From assembly GCA_963693365.1 (NCBI GenBank), contig CAVNZM010000004.1, forward strand, positions 2,936,389 to 3,000,388: 64,000 nt of DNA, read 5' to 3'. This document shows, piece after piece, positions 24,143 through 37,315 of the stretch. The notes under the pieces are model-generated. The model saw nothing but the letters and a program-made list of their open reading frames with translations. It searched no databases and was not told where the DNA came from. The translations under genes were made by a program, and so were the position numbers. This DNA comes from Amoebidium appalachense (taxonomy: Eukaryota; Protista; Ichthyosporea). Position 1 is the first letter of the stretch. The number at the start of each line of letters is the position of its first letter.

Positions 24143-24356
24143 GCTTGACAACGGGTTTTGGGACAGGAGGATATGTTCGTTTTCTTTCTTTCTTTCCTTT
24201 TCTTTTCTTTTCTTTCTTTCTTTTTTTTTTTTTTTGGGGGGGGGGGGGGCACCTGTGGAATATAGAAAGTCGTGTTGGATGTTGGAGGGTTGGATGTGGG
24301 TTATTTGTTTTTACTTTTTCTGCGAGTGTGCCTTCGTGTATATGTCTAGAAGGAGG

Positions 24357-24391
<35 letters not shown>

Positions 24392-24918
24392 GGGGGCACA
24401 TGTTGGCATTGCTGTTGAATGTTCGGACATGTGCTATTGAAAAACAATTCCATTGGTGGGTTTAGACATGCTCGGTGGGAGAATATTTTTTGGATGGTGG
24501 GTGGCTATATGAATGGCCTATGGGTTAGGGCCGTGGATGTTTATGATGCGGAGCCACCAGAGAAACATATAAGTATTGGGATATGTTTTGGAGATACAAT
24601 TCAGTCGCATGAGGAGCGGCATAACATTTATTGGGATATGTTTTGTGATATAACAACGAGATGCCTGGGAGGGATATTCTTTTTACTGAGATTTATTTTG
24701 GTGTGTGGTAATGAGGTGCCTGGGGTGGACGCACCGAGTATTGGGGTATGTTTTGGGCTTATCCAATCAGATAATGCCCCTGGTGATGCCTATTAATAGT
24801 AACTGGGTATTTGCTGCGCAGCAACTTGTGATGTCATCAGAGGAGGATGAGGGGGATGACCCCGAGCTAGCCTTCCTGAAGACCCTCAGTGCAAAGGAGA
24901 AGAGAAAACTGCTGAAGT

Positions 24919-25002
<84 letters not shown>

Positions 25003-25105
25003 CCTGTACATTTTGTCTCCCCCCTCCCCCCCCCCCCCCCCCCCCCCTTTTTTACCATGTGTAAAAAAGACAAACTAAGAGGTGAAAAGAGCTCAATTTG
25101 GGGAA

Positions 25106-25137
<32 letters not shown>

Positions 25138-26315
25138 GGGGGGGGATTCTGTGCACGTAGAAGATTAGGGAGGTGGGACGTGGGACGTTTCTAGGTTTTC
25201 TGTGATGATGATCCGGAGGCGTCAGAATCATCAGCGGGATGGTGTGTGGGTGGTTTGGTTTGGTGCATGTGTGCGTGTGTGTGACATGCGTGTGTACTCT
25301 TGCCCGTAGGACTTGGAGTGGTGTGTGGGTGAGGTGGAAGGGGGCAGACGAGAGATCACGAGCTGATATTCTGCTTGTTTGGATGCAGAAAGCTTGCAAA
25401 GTTGGAGGGGGACGAGTCTGGTGGTGTTGGCAAGAGCAAAAAGAAGAAGAAAAAGAGCCGCAAGCACAAGAGAAGACACAGCTGCAGTGATGACAGTAGC
25501 TTATCCAGGTCTGTCTCCTTTCCCCGTCACTCCCCCCTTTCTCTGTCTCTCTCTTACTTGGGCTTGTGTATGTCGTTGTATGCTCTTGCCACATGTTTTG
25601 TGTGCAAGTGTGGACAGGGGGAGTGGGGGCGGCGGCGATGAGGGCCGCCGCCGGAGGGCGGGGGGGGGGGGGGGGGGAAGGGGCCAGGGGATGAGTACGT
25701 ATGTGTGTTTGTTGGAAAAGAAGGGGGGGGGGGGGGGGGGGGGGGATGAGTACGTGGGAAGACGTTTTTGCCAAGCCCAAGGGAACAAGCACACGATGCA
25801 TGGCCTCTCACTGCTAGCACACTGAATACCTCAGCATATGTATGGCTCACGAGGTTGTTTCATCTCACAGTGAAGAGGATCGGCCTAGCAAAAGGAAAAA
25901 ATCGGCACATGAAGACACGAGTGACCAGCATGAGCACAGGCGGGGCAAGGGGAGTATTGGAAGTGGAGAGAGGAATTCACAAGTGGGAGGTGGGGTGGAA
26001 AAGGAGAGGTATGAGGAGAAAGGACGACAGCAGAGGGTGGAGGAGACGAAAGATGGGGGTAGGAGGGAGGATGGGGACAGGGGGAGCAGGGGGCACGAAC
26101 AAAGGAGAGAAGAAAGAGGTGGCAGTAGGCACGAAGAGTGGAGAAGAGAGAGAGGGGATGGAAAGGAAGAAAGGAGAGATGATGGAAGACAAAGGCACGA
26201 TTCGGATTCAAGGAGAGAAGAGAGGGAGAGACAGCGTGAAAGCAGGGGAGACGAGAGGGATGAGCGATGGGGGGATGTGAAAGCAGGAAAACATAGTCAC
26301 AGGGACAGACGCTGA
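18136..26315 (+). CDS. CIR1: Corepressor interacting with RBPJ 1 (CIR1), Cir_N domain plus zinc knuckle
   Basis: Exons 18136-18201, 19978-20072, 20658-20734, 21397-21511, 22057-22105, 22738-22831, 23221-23291, 23931-23993, 24822-24916, 25389-25508, 25871-26315, all in frame. Motifs [74 protein letters not shown], and a charged R/D/E tail. Confidence 0.93.
19261..19754. mobile_element. MITE-like non-autonomous DNA transposon (CAGT...ACTG ends) in CIR1 intron 1
   Basis: Left end cagtcacgcctgcggaggaacaacccctat versus reverse complement of right end cagtaccgcctggcaaggaacaaccctat. Internal direct repeat cccaagggg(gg)ttgttccttct(a/c)agggtag near both ends. Flanked by ca...ca. Confidence 0.75.
20801..21063 (+). 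repeat. Five-copy ~27-bp repeat separated by G-rich spacers
   Basis: ataatg(t/c)tcagccagggggatcatt-like units at ~20801, 20856, 20913, 20986 and 21038 in CIR1 intron 3. Confidence 0.8.
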
Positions 26316-26486
26316 GCGTGCCTAAGGTGTATGTACAGTAGTGAGATCTGCAAGATACTCCATATGGTGTGACAAAGGTGCTTGGTTGATTTGCGGACGG
26401 TAACGGCAGCAGGACATCGAGATTGTGGTGTACACCTTAAAATGCGTACAAAGCTCTCATGAACACAAGCCCCCCACCCACCCAAC

Positions 26487-26542
<56 letters not shown>

Positions 26543-26758
26543 ACCCACCCACGCACCCAGTTTAACACCCAGGGCCTTCGAACATTTGATCACCCACACA
26601 CATTGGGGGCACGGGCGCCTGCACACATGAACACACACACAGGCAAACACACACGCACACCCTTTTATACGAGTGCACTGTGGTGCAGAGTGACCGTATC
26701 GCGGAGGAATGAGACAAAAGTCAGATGATTCGTGCCCTTTCCTTTCTGGCCTTCTTCT

Positions 26759-26792
<34 letters not shown>

Positions 26793-26812
26793 TTTTCCTC
26801 CCCCCCCCCCCC

Positions 26813-26856
<44 letters not shown>

Positions 26857-27937
26857 GCTATGCTTCCTTTACCGTTTTTATGTATTGCTTGCCTGTGTGG
26901 CCTTTTTTTGACGGCAGTGTGTGCATGCTTTAGCAGCTGTCCGCCATGGCTACCTTCCCGGAAATCAAAAATAAATTTTTAGGTATGTATTCTATTTTTA
27001 GAAACCCCTGTCATTTTTGGTCGCAGGTTTTGTACAGGTCTGACCAATGCTGTACATGGTAAGTCTTTCCGTAAATCATTTTCAACATGCATGAATGTTA
27101 ACGTTATATCTATGGCGAGTATGATGTACATAAGTGACATCGACAGCCCTTGTGTATAAATGCATTGTGGTATTAAACTCTGCAGGTGTACACATTTTGT
27201 CATCGTTCAGACACGGGTCATATATCTAAGCTTGTCAGCACCTGCATGTATTAACACATGGGCTCCCTCACTGCATCGTGCACATTAAGTCGCCAACTTT
27301 ATTAGCCGCTCCATCTATCACCCATTCATAATAAATATAGGCCTAAATTTGGCCTTGTACTGTAACAGTTAAGCTCAGTGACGCGAGGAATAAATATAAA
27401 TGGAGATTTTTTAGAAAATAATGCCGTGCCCGTACGTACTGATCACCGTGACTTATACACAATCATGCATATGCATCGTGGTAGGGTGTGCGCAGTGCCA
27501 CGTGAGCAGGAACACGGTAATCCGGTTAGAATGACATCATGACGGATTTGGCACTGACAGCTTGGGCATCGGCCTGTCTGTACGTACGAGCTAGCCCAGC
27601 CGTAACTGATGTAACAGTGTACCGTGTCGGGCTGCGAGCAGAAAGTGTTCGTATGGCTGCACCGAGCCGTGACAGCCACACCACATGTACATGTTGCACC
27701 TCACATGCGTTTGAAAGCCGAAATATTTAAGGGCAATTCCTTGTGCATAGCGGGCAGTGCAAATTTGGGGCAATGAAAGAGGGTTTAATTTGAGTTGGAT
27801 CCAAATTGAATGCTGGGCCTCCATAAAGCTTGGAACGTATATACTACAATTCAACTTGTACTTAAACACTCCCTTTTCCGTACATACATACACCATCATC
27901 ATTTCTATCGATCCACCGTGACAAATTCAGCACCACG

Positions 27938-28213
27938 ATGCACCTTCTACTGTGTTTCACGCTTTGCCTTGCACTAACCATGGCCACATTGGCCGTTGGC
28001 AAACTCGGGGGCGCCGTGGCCACAGGCCAAGTGAGTGACGAGGTGGAGGCACGTGACAACATGGACATAAACACGTGGGCAGTGGAGGGCAAACACGTGC
28101 ACGTGATGGGGCGTAGAGACGAGGAGGTGGACTCTGAGGCCCAAGTCTTAGACAACAACGAGCGCTCGGACGTGGGCGGTGGTGGCGTGCAGGTGGCAGA
28201 CCCAAGCCAGCCA
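27938..28213 (+). CDS. First exon of a small secreted protein (signal peptide plus acidic pro-region); downstream exon(s) uncertain, candidate 29478-29594
   Basis: MHLLLCFTLCLALTMATLAVG hydrophobic signal, non-repetitive coding-like composition, strong donor cca|gtaagt at 28214. Candidate in-frame last exon after ttcacag at 29477 (RIKVIEPSS...SSARL*). Confidence 0.6.
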
Positions 28214-28336
28214 GTAAGTGCCTACCCTGAGAGTAGTATGTTTCAACCGTGTTTACACAATCACGCACAGTTACCCTAACTGCCACCTTATGCAAGGGTA
28301 CCAGTAACACGTCTAAGTGTGTGTGTTTCAATTGTG

Positions 28337-28388
<52 letters not shown>

Positions 28389-28467
28389 CGCGTGTGTGTG
28401 TGTGTGCGTGCGCGTGTGTGTGTGACGGTGTGTGTGTGTGTGTGTGTGTGTGCACGCGCGCGCACGC

Positions 28468-28652
28468 GCGTAAGCGTGTGTGCATCGATCTGTATGTGTG
28501 TGTGTATGTGTAAGCATGTGCACGTGTACATCATGAGTCACTGAATGCGTGTCAGTTTCCGCGTAAGCGTGTGTGCATCGATCTGTATGTGTGTGTGTAT
28601 GTGTAAGCATGTGCACGTGTACATCATGAGTCACTGAATGCGTGTCAGTTTC
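28468..28652. repeat. Two-copy 93-bp tandem duplication
   Basis: gcgtaagcgtgtgtgcatcgatctg...gaatgcgtgtcagtttc at 28468 and 28561. Confidence 0.9.
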
Positions 28653-28708
28653 TGTGTGGTGTGTCTCTGTGTGTAATAAATTTTGAAACGTCTCCAAAAG
28701 CCTAAACA

Positions 28709-29157
28709 AGGGCCCAACCACATCGGCAGAGTCAACTTCAATAGAAGCAGAATTATTCCGAGTGCAAAAGCGGAATTACAGTATTCTGCTTTTAGCAGAA
28801 TTATTCCGCAAAAGCAGAATCACTCTACTAAATTTAACAGAACCATTCTGCCTTTCTTATTCGCAGAAAGCAGACTGCTTTCAACAAATAATTCTGCTTT
28901 CAACAGCAGAATAATTCTGCTTTTGGCAGAATAATTCTGCTTTTAGCAGATTGACTCTGCCTTTGGCAGATTGAATCTGCTGTTAGCAGAATAATTCTGC
29001 TTTTAGCAGAATAATTCTGCTTTTGCAGAAAAATATTGCTTTTGCAGAAGGCCTCAAGTTAGCAGAATAATTCTGGTTTTAGCAGAATGATTCTGCAAAA
29101 ATGCAGAATAATTCTGCTCGGAGCAAGTTGACTCAACAGCCGATGTGGTTGGGCCCT
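28709..29157. mobile_element. MITE-like element with perfect terminal inverted repeats and internal palindromic array
   Basis: TIR agggcccaaccacatcggc...gccgatgtggttgggccct plus subterminal gagtcaactt/aagttgactc. Direct repeat taaaca on both flanks (28703-28708, 29158-29163). Interior is tandem gcagaataattctgc-type palindromes. Confidence 0.85.
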
Positions 29158-29398
29158 TAAACAGCACAGGTGTGCTAACTCAGAGGCCTTGGCGTGTGTC
29201 GACCTCGTGGCACGTGCTCACCCACCGTGCTCCGCGCGCACCGGGCCGCCTGCCCGTTGTATACGTACAATTTGTGTGTATATACACCGGGTCCACGTGC
29301 AACATCATGTCTTGTGTGCATCTATCGGCCATATTATCGTAGGACCTGGTGCAAGGCTCTGCTAATTTTTTGGAAGGCAACCGGTGCCAACAGTGTAC

Positions 29399-29465
29399 TT
29401 GCTGAGGCTGACAGTGACCGTAATGCTTTCACTTGCTGAGGCTGACAGTGACCGTAATGCTTTCA
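29399..29465. repeat. Two-copy 34-bp tandem duplication just upstream of a candidate acceptor
   Basis: ttgctgaggctgacagtgaccgtaatgctttca occurs twice, ending ~12 nt before ttcacag (29477). Confidence 0.85.
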
Positions 29466-29702
29466 AATTGTTCACAGAGGATCAAAGTGATTGAGCCTAG
29501 CTCAGCCTCTTTCTATAACAGCTTATGTATGGTTTGCACCTCAGTAATTGCTTCTGACAGGGCAGCGGCAGCAGCTAGCAGCGCTAGACTCTGAGGCTCA
29601 ATGTGTACATTCCGCATTGAATTTCTCCCCTTCCCCCCTTCCCCCCTCCCCTGGGATCCCCTCCCAAAAAAAAGAAAAAGAAAAGAAAAGACCCCCCCCC
29701 CA

Positions 29703-29734
<32 letters not shown>

Positions 29735-29780
29735 AAAAGAAAGAAAGAAAGAAAGCAAGAAAAAGAAATAAAAAAGAACC

Positions 29781-29811
<31 letters not shown>

Positions 29812-29927
29812 AAAAAAAAAAAAAGAAAAAGAAAGGAAAAAAAGAAGGAAACAAAGGGGAAAAAAAAAAGAAAAGAAAAGAAAAGAAAACGAGGAGGGGG
29901 GGGGGGGTGGGGGGTGGGGGGAGGGGT

Positions 29928-29959
<32 letters not shown>

Positions 29960-30496
29960 AGAAGTTTCAGATGTAGCCGCGCACGAAATGTAGTTTTTTT
30001 TATAATGACTTTATTGATGTGCTCATATGTTCGAAGGACACGGAAAAGAGATATCCCAGATATCTCGAGAGACGATTTTCGAGTCACTCAAATGGGAAGT
30101 AGGCTCACTGGAATACGGACGTCGACCCAAAGGTATAAAAATACAAGTAAACACTAATTAGGCAGGAGTGAAAACAATAAGTTGATACCTCGGCTGCCAC
30201 AACAAAAAAAACCTCAATAAAGGTGACCTAATATGAATTGAGTCACAGAAATCATTGAGTGAAACGCGTACGTTAACACACAGAAATTTGAATAGATGTG
30301 TACGTTAACATGTATTTAGCATCGATGGCAGGGTAGAAAATGAGAAGCTTGGGGCATGGCTATATTGCTCCATCAAAGCCACGAAGATGTCTAGGCTACA
30401 AACTGCAAGAAAGCCATCTGTAACTACTAGAAATCTAGCCGACCCCCCCCAAAATACACCTTTTACCAGTCTTGAGATATACGTCACGATAGGGCG

Positions 30497-30551
<55 letters not shown>

Positions 30552-30564
30552 GGGGGAGGGGGCA

Positions 30565-30604
<40 letters not shown>

Positions 30605-30631
30605 CGGCACACACGCACACACAGGGGGAAA

Positions 30632-30680
<49 letters not shown>

Positions 30681-30823
30681 CGCTGAGATTGACAATGTTG
30701 GCCGTGCTGGTAACTCCTCTGATAGAATCATCATCTCTACATTTTTTGACTAAAAAAGTTTGCCCGTGCACGGTCATCAACTTACCGTCACCGAACGTGA
30801 TCTAAAATCCTGGCACACTGTCA

Positions 30824-30857
30824 TGACGTCACTGTGCCTCCCAAGAGTATGACGTCA
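30824..30857. promoter_or_regulatory. Pair of CRE-like TGACGTCA sites upstream of thioredoxin
   Basis: tgacgtca at 30824-30831 and 30850-30857, ~330 bp before the TATA box. Confidence 0.4.
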
Positions 30858-31182
30858 TCACTGGTTATCCTAAAAATAACAACGATTGGCTGGAGAACAC
30901 ACAACTGAGCGGGGCAAAACCTAACAATGGTACGGCAGGCAAAGCCTACTCAAACTGACGAGCCTGGGGTGATTGCAAATCCATTGAGCAGGCACAGAAA
31001 GATATTTTAAGCTGCTGCCTGAATGTTTTTTTTATACTAGTTTGAAAAAGACTGAAGATAATGAGAGATCAAAAGCTCGACTTTTCAGAATCCATGAGTA
31101 GATCCAACCTGATTTTACCGCGCTCAAGTGATAGCCAATTACGAGAGCGATCAACATTCCTCATGTTGTTTTTGCTGCGACC

Positions 31183-31189
31183 TATAAAA
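31183..31189 (+). promoter_or_regulatory. TATA box of thioredoxin gene
   Basis: cTATAAAAgg, followed by a probable non-coding first exon and a 5'UTR intron (gtacgc ~31256 to acag 31396) ending directly before the ATG. Confidence 0.55.
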
Positions 31190-31396
31190 GGCATCTCACA
31201 TGTCCCCATGTAACCAGTGTTGTCAAAGCTTCTTGGTTCAAAAACTCTCTTTTCGGTACGCGTTCAGCGAAAACAAAAAACAAAGGTGTGTATAAACTTG
31301 CCGAGTTTCTTATTTTTTGAAGTCTTTCTTGGTTGAATAGCTGTATTGAGGCATGGCGCGTTTTTATAGGTATTTTTTGACACGGGTGGGGGACAG

Positions 31397-34080
31397 ATGG
31401 TGCACCAGGTTGCTTCTATGGCCGAGTACCAGGCCACCATCGGCAAGCCCGGCTTGGTAAGTTGGGCTGGGTGCGACGAGGGGCGTTGGGGTGGATTAGG
31501 GCTTCATAAGACGTGGGTTTCTGGGAGGAGGAGACGTACGTATTAGGGGGAGAGGATGATGGACTTTTTTACCGGGGCTACTGTGTGCTTGTGTCTTTGT
31601 TGGAGTGGTTCTCCCGTGTCGTTGTTTGGGGCTACTGGAGGTGGAGGGAGGGGAAGGAGGGGTTTGGATTTCACTTAACCGAAGTAGCAAAAGTATAGTT
31701 TCGTAGTTATTGTGAGGTTGTGAATGAGGAACATGGAAGATCTTGGAAACAGTGTGCTGGGCGGGAAAGGACCTTTGTGTGCATGCTTTCTCACTCTCAC
31801 TGTCTAGTTCTCCTCTTATTTTCCTCTCTCCTTGTTTGATTTTTCCTCCCCAGGGGGTGGAGAGGGGGGGGGGGGGGCAGGGGGCATAAGGAGCTCGTGC
31901 CTAAACCATCTTGCGTAACCACGTGTGCCCTTGTGTGTGTGGACTCTGGCTGGAGGCACATGCAGGAGGGGGGAGGTGGGGTCAGAGCAAAGTGAGGAAG
32001 AGGGGGGGAGTTGGGGGAGGTGGTTGTTGAAAGGGGTTAAAAGGGGTTGGAAAAAGAGGGAAAGAAGTTTGAAACCGTCGGCCTCCTTTTGAAGAACTCC
32101 GAGCTGATACCAAGGGACATAGGTTGTGGTGGACTTCTATGCCACGTGGTGCGGCCCCTGCAAGATGATTGCCCCCGTGCTGGAGGCCATGAGCCAAACA
32201 AACACTGCTGTCACTTTCATCAAGGTTGATGTGGATGAGCTCGAGGTGGGTGACTGGTTGTGGTTGAATGATAAGGGAGAGGGGGAGGAGGGAGGGGAGG
32301 GAGGGGAAGAGATGGATGTGTAGGCTGCATGGAGAAGCAGTTGATAAGTGTGGAAGGTGAAAAGAGGGCAGGTTGAAAGGTCGGGAAAACGTGGGTATTG
32401 CGGTGCTTTTTGTTGGTTGGGGTTGATGGCGGGACACGTTTTGGCTTGGTAGTATTTTGGCTGGTTCTGTCTTTGTTGGAAATGATTAACGATATGAACT
32501 CGTCTGACTCCTCTTTGCCAACCTGTTGCGTGTTTGATTTTCATGCATGGTTAACGACCCCCCCCCCCCCCCCCCCCCCTCCCCCCCCCCCCCCCCACAC
32601 ACACACAAAAACGTCCTCCTCCCCTCCCTCCCTTTCCGGGCTCTACTTGTGTGGCTTGCTCTGTGTGAGCTTTTTTTGCGCGGTATGCATTGTGTGACCT
32701 GTTATTTGTGTGTTTCTAACTGAGTAACACTCTCTACCCCCCCCCCCCCTTCCCCACTCCCCGTTCCCCCCAGTGTTCCGATTTTCGTATTTTGTCGCTT
32801 TTGTGACACTTTCGTGATTTCAGCCCTCTTAATGTATACTCCTTCATCCCCCCCCTCCCCCCCCCCCCCCCCCCCTCCCTCTCCCCCCTCCCCCCCGGCA
32901 ACCGCCGAACCCACACACACACAAACGCACACACACATATGCAGGGGGCACACATGCATGCACGCGCACGGCAAAGCCTGCATGTGTCTGTTTGCGTGCA
33001 CCAACATAAAGCAACCGTTGCATGTTGTGGAGTTGTTTGTTGCACTCTTTGTCTTGTGTGTAGACTCTGTCCGTGGCTTTATGCAGTGTCATACACGTTG
33101 CTCTGCTTCCTTTATCTCGATCTCTTTGTTTTTGACGTGTCTCCGCCGCTTTTGGGGGCTGTGTGGTCGTTGAACGTTTACCCCCCCTCTGTTTTCCTTT
33201 CCACGCTTTTTTGTTTTTTTCGACCTTATCTCGTGTTATGCCAGCCACACTGCATATTGCTTTGAAACTCTCACCCTAGCTCCCCCATATACATATCCCT
33301 TTTATGTCCATTCTTTTGTTCGGTCCTATTCATGGCCCATGGGTCTACTTTCCCTCGTAGGCTCTTGATTGTGTATGTGTATTAGCACCTCCTCCGTTTT
33401 GTACGCTTAGCGCCGGCATTGTAGGATGTATTGTTTTTATCTTTACGAGGCATATGTGGGCTTCGTGCAAATTTTAAAAATGTGATTGGGCTGGCTGGGT
33501 GGGGTTATGAGGGGTTTTTGTGCTGACTGTGTGTTTTCAGGAGGTTGCCAGCATGGAGGGCATCGAGGCCATGCCCACCTTCCTCTTCTATGTTAACGGC
33601 GAGAAGAAGGAGGTACGTGTGCATGCTCTCTAAAGGGTTGGTGCACTGTGCACGTGATATGTGTGTGTCTCTGAAATGTGCATGTGCACAGACAGAGACC
33701 TCAATCCATGCTTTTTCTTTGTTGGGCTTTCCATAGGAATATCGTGCCTGAAAATTTGGAGAGGGTGTCCATATACCCCCCCCCCCCCCCCCCCCCCCTC
33801 CCCTTCCCACCGGGCTCTGCTTATTATGTGATCATTCTAAACCGCCCGGGGGCTTGCCGAGAGATCACCACACCGTCACCTCTACATAACACACACAGAC
33901 ACCCACGCCCACACACCCACGCCCACACACACACGAACACACACACACAAACACAGCCACACATTCACCCCCCAACCCACTCTCCACGGCCGCACGGTGC
34001 TGACTGATGTTTTCCCCCAGACCCTCAAGGGTGCCAACAAGGCCAAGCTGGAGGAGCTCGTGGCCAAGTACTCAGCATAA
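31397..34080 (+). CDS. TXN: Thioredoxin (cytosolic, WCGPC)
   Basis: Exons 31397-31456, 32123-32245, 33541-33612, 34021-34080 give [82 protein letters not shown] (104 aa). AATAAA at ~34252. Confidence 0.96.
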
Positions 34081-35268
34081 ATGGTCTTGTTATTTTTAGC
34101 ACATGGATGTATAAATAGCACGCCGGGTCTGGATGCCTGGCTGTCCTTGTATGCTGTGTGATTTTTTTTTTTTATATCTCCCACGTATTTCCGAGTATTC
34201 ATGCTATATGCAATGGCTACACGCAAGCAACCAATTATGCTTCGTCGATTCGAATAAAGACTGTGGCTTGCCCACGGTATGATGCCCTCTCGACTATTCA
34301 TGGCTCAGATGTGTCGTAACAGGGCGCGGCCCCAAGGATGGTCGACAATGCTAAACGCCAAAGGGTGTTTAGTTGTGTTTTTTGTTGTCCATGTATACGA
34401 GGAATGTGTGGTTGTCTGTGGTGGCTTGCTTCCAAATGGTTGCCTTTCATTCTGCAGCCTGGGTGTGTGACGACTATCCGTGGGAGGGAACCCGAGTATG
34501 GGTGTGGGGAAGGCTGGAGCGCAAAACGGGATGGTTGGTTGGTTGTGTCGCTTGCCTTGCTTTATCCATGCCCTGCAAAATCGCGTACATGTTGCATGAG
34601 GAGTGCCCTTGCTAAACACGACCCAGCACCCCCAAGCCGGCCGTGGTACGTGAAATTTGGGTATGGGCGGTGCATGTAATGGTTGTGTGGGCACGTCATA
34701 CGTGTGCACGGCAATACTGCATGTAGCTATGGTTATGGTCAGATATAAACCGTGGTTCTGCACAAGTGAATCACCAGAGAGCACATGATGTCTGCATGCA
34801 CAGGCACAATACACATACCTCAATATGTTGCACATGCACCGTACATGTGGTATCAAACCACACTCTATATTCACATCATGCTTGCTATAATATATAATAT
34901 ATATATAAAAACACACGAGCTGGTAACTTCAAATCGTTGATAATCTCGCGGTTTTTGCTTCTCGAGCTCTCGATCCGATTAATTTCGGATTTAAAGTTAT
35001 TAGTTCAATCATCCGACCAATTCTATGGATCAACTTTCGAAATCACCATACCGAATTCAGCAAATCCCTCCAACATAGCCATCATTTAAAAATTAAAAAT
35101 TATACCAGCACATGTAATCAACCACCAGGCAGGGCCGTACTCTTACATATGCATACACCACATTCTAGGTCTATGCAATAGTCTATGTAGAATATCCATC
35201 TCTAGATCTCACATCCTCAGGCTTCTCACACAGACACATGATATAACCCCACAACCACCTAGATATTC

Positions 35269-37256
35269 TTATTTCTTGAGTGAGCCCGTGCTTGCCGTCT
35301 TGCTGACCATTGGTGCTATCCCCCTCTGCATGTTGTTCATGGCCACCCCCCCTGCAGCCTTGGGCTGCGCCCAGGAAGGGCCCAGGGCATCAAGGTTGAC
35401 TAGGCCCCCATACTGCAGCCCCAGCAAGTCAGATCAACGCTACCGGCCAACCAATACGCATACTGAACAATGCATGCCATATGCACGTGCTCAGACACTA
35501 GAGCCAGTGCTGCATGTGCTAACCTATCTGGCTACTGCTTCTTTTCTCCGCCATTGAGAGTCCCTGCCAAAGATGTGTTTTCGGAAATTTTCTAGCACCC
35601 TCACCTACGCCCTCCCTCCCCATCCCCTCCTCACTGCTATCCCCGAATACATCCGATGCATGTATGAGAGATATCAAGCATGTTACAGAAAATTATGTTT
35701 ATGTATGTCACAGCCATGTATGTGGATGTAATGGTGGTGTGTGTGACGTGGTGGTTGTGGGAGGGGGCATGGCGTGGCATGACGTGGTGTATGTGTGTGT
35801 GTGTGTTTGGGGGGGGGGGGGGCTCACGGGAGCATTGTTTTGTGGCTGCTGGACTGGGGCTACGGGGGTGGCTGCTGGAGGCCAGGCCGGTGCCGGGGCC
35901 ATGCCCATCACAGGCTGCATAGCAGGGTATGAACAATAAGACACATGTCGCCTCCTGACAACCTACACACACGACATAGGGATGCACACACGTGCAGACA
36001 TATACACACATGTTGAGAGGGAAGATTCAGAGCAAGCACAGCCATCCGGGCAGGCAGGGATGCAAGCACACCGGCAGCGCCAACATACACAAACCCACAC
36101 CAGGTATCCTCTTCACAGCCACCTACATTACCATTTTGCATCGCATATCTAGTTTCTTTACACACCAATGACCACCCATGCAGCAAGGCAACCACGTCTA
36201 GACCCGAAGAAGCGCACAAAGGGTGGTGGGGAAGGGGGGGGGGGGGGGGGGGTTTGCAAACACCCTCATGCATACCTGCGGCATGTTCATGGCCTGCACA
36301 GGCTGGGGCACGAACACGGGCTGCTGTTGGGGCACATAGACCCCAGCAGGCACGGCTGGCTGCTGGGCCGGGCCAGAGCCAAAGATGTCCAAAAGGTCTC
36401 CATGGTTGCTGGGGGCAGCTGCCGGCTGGCTGGGCCCAGGGTTGGCCTCAAAGTCCCCAAACCCATCATCGTCTGATGGCACAGCCCAGCCAGTTTTAGA
36501 AGTTGGCCTCCAAGGTGTTTGTCCCCATCTTACCCTCTTTCCTCCTCCCCCCCCCCCCCCCCCCTCCCCCCCCCCACACACACATGGCTCCTCCGTCTGC
36601 CGTCCCACAAATACCCGGGGCAAAGGCAGGCAGACAGGCGGGCAGGTAGGCATGCGGCAACCACCTAACTCAGCACATGCACAACACTTTCTCTCAGATC
36701 ATACCCAAACCAGAATCCCCCTCGTACCTGCTTATTCTATCCCCCCCCCCCCCCCTCCCTCCCCCCTTCCCCACACACACATACACCTCCCCCCCCTTCC
36801 CCCCCCCACACACATCCCCGCCCACCACCATCACCCCGCACAACCCGACAACATCAAAAAAACATCCAACCAGCACCACCACAACCCTATTACACCCACC
36901 GTGTGCTACGGGTGCCGCATCCAACCGCACCCCCTTGACTGCAGCAGCTAAGTCATCGGCCTTTCCCTTGCTGCCTTTGCGCACCTGCCGGGGTGGTGAC
37001 TTGGCCCGTGGCAGTTCATCCTCACTGCTGCCTGACCTGCAGCCAAACACATGGTCAGATGCCATGTCCTTCTCCCACCCCCCATCCCCCACTCGCCCAC
37101 CCCACAAACTCACACACACCTTAAACACACACACATCGAGGCCAACAGGCTCAAGAACAACATTCCCCCCTCCTCCCCTCCCCCCCCCCCCCACACCACC
37201 ACCACCAGCAACAGCACTAGCACTACCACCACCAACTACCAAATCCACACATACCG

Positions 37257-37315
<59 letters not shown>

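Noticed and set aside
28740-29120. Palindromic array as CRISPR, or the 83-aa ORF 28683-28934 as a gene
   Set aside because: No unique spacers; it is enclosed by TIRs and a target duplication, so better explained as a MITE.
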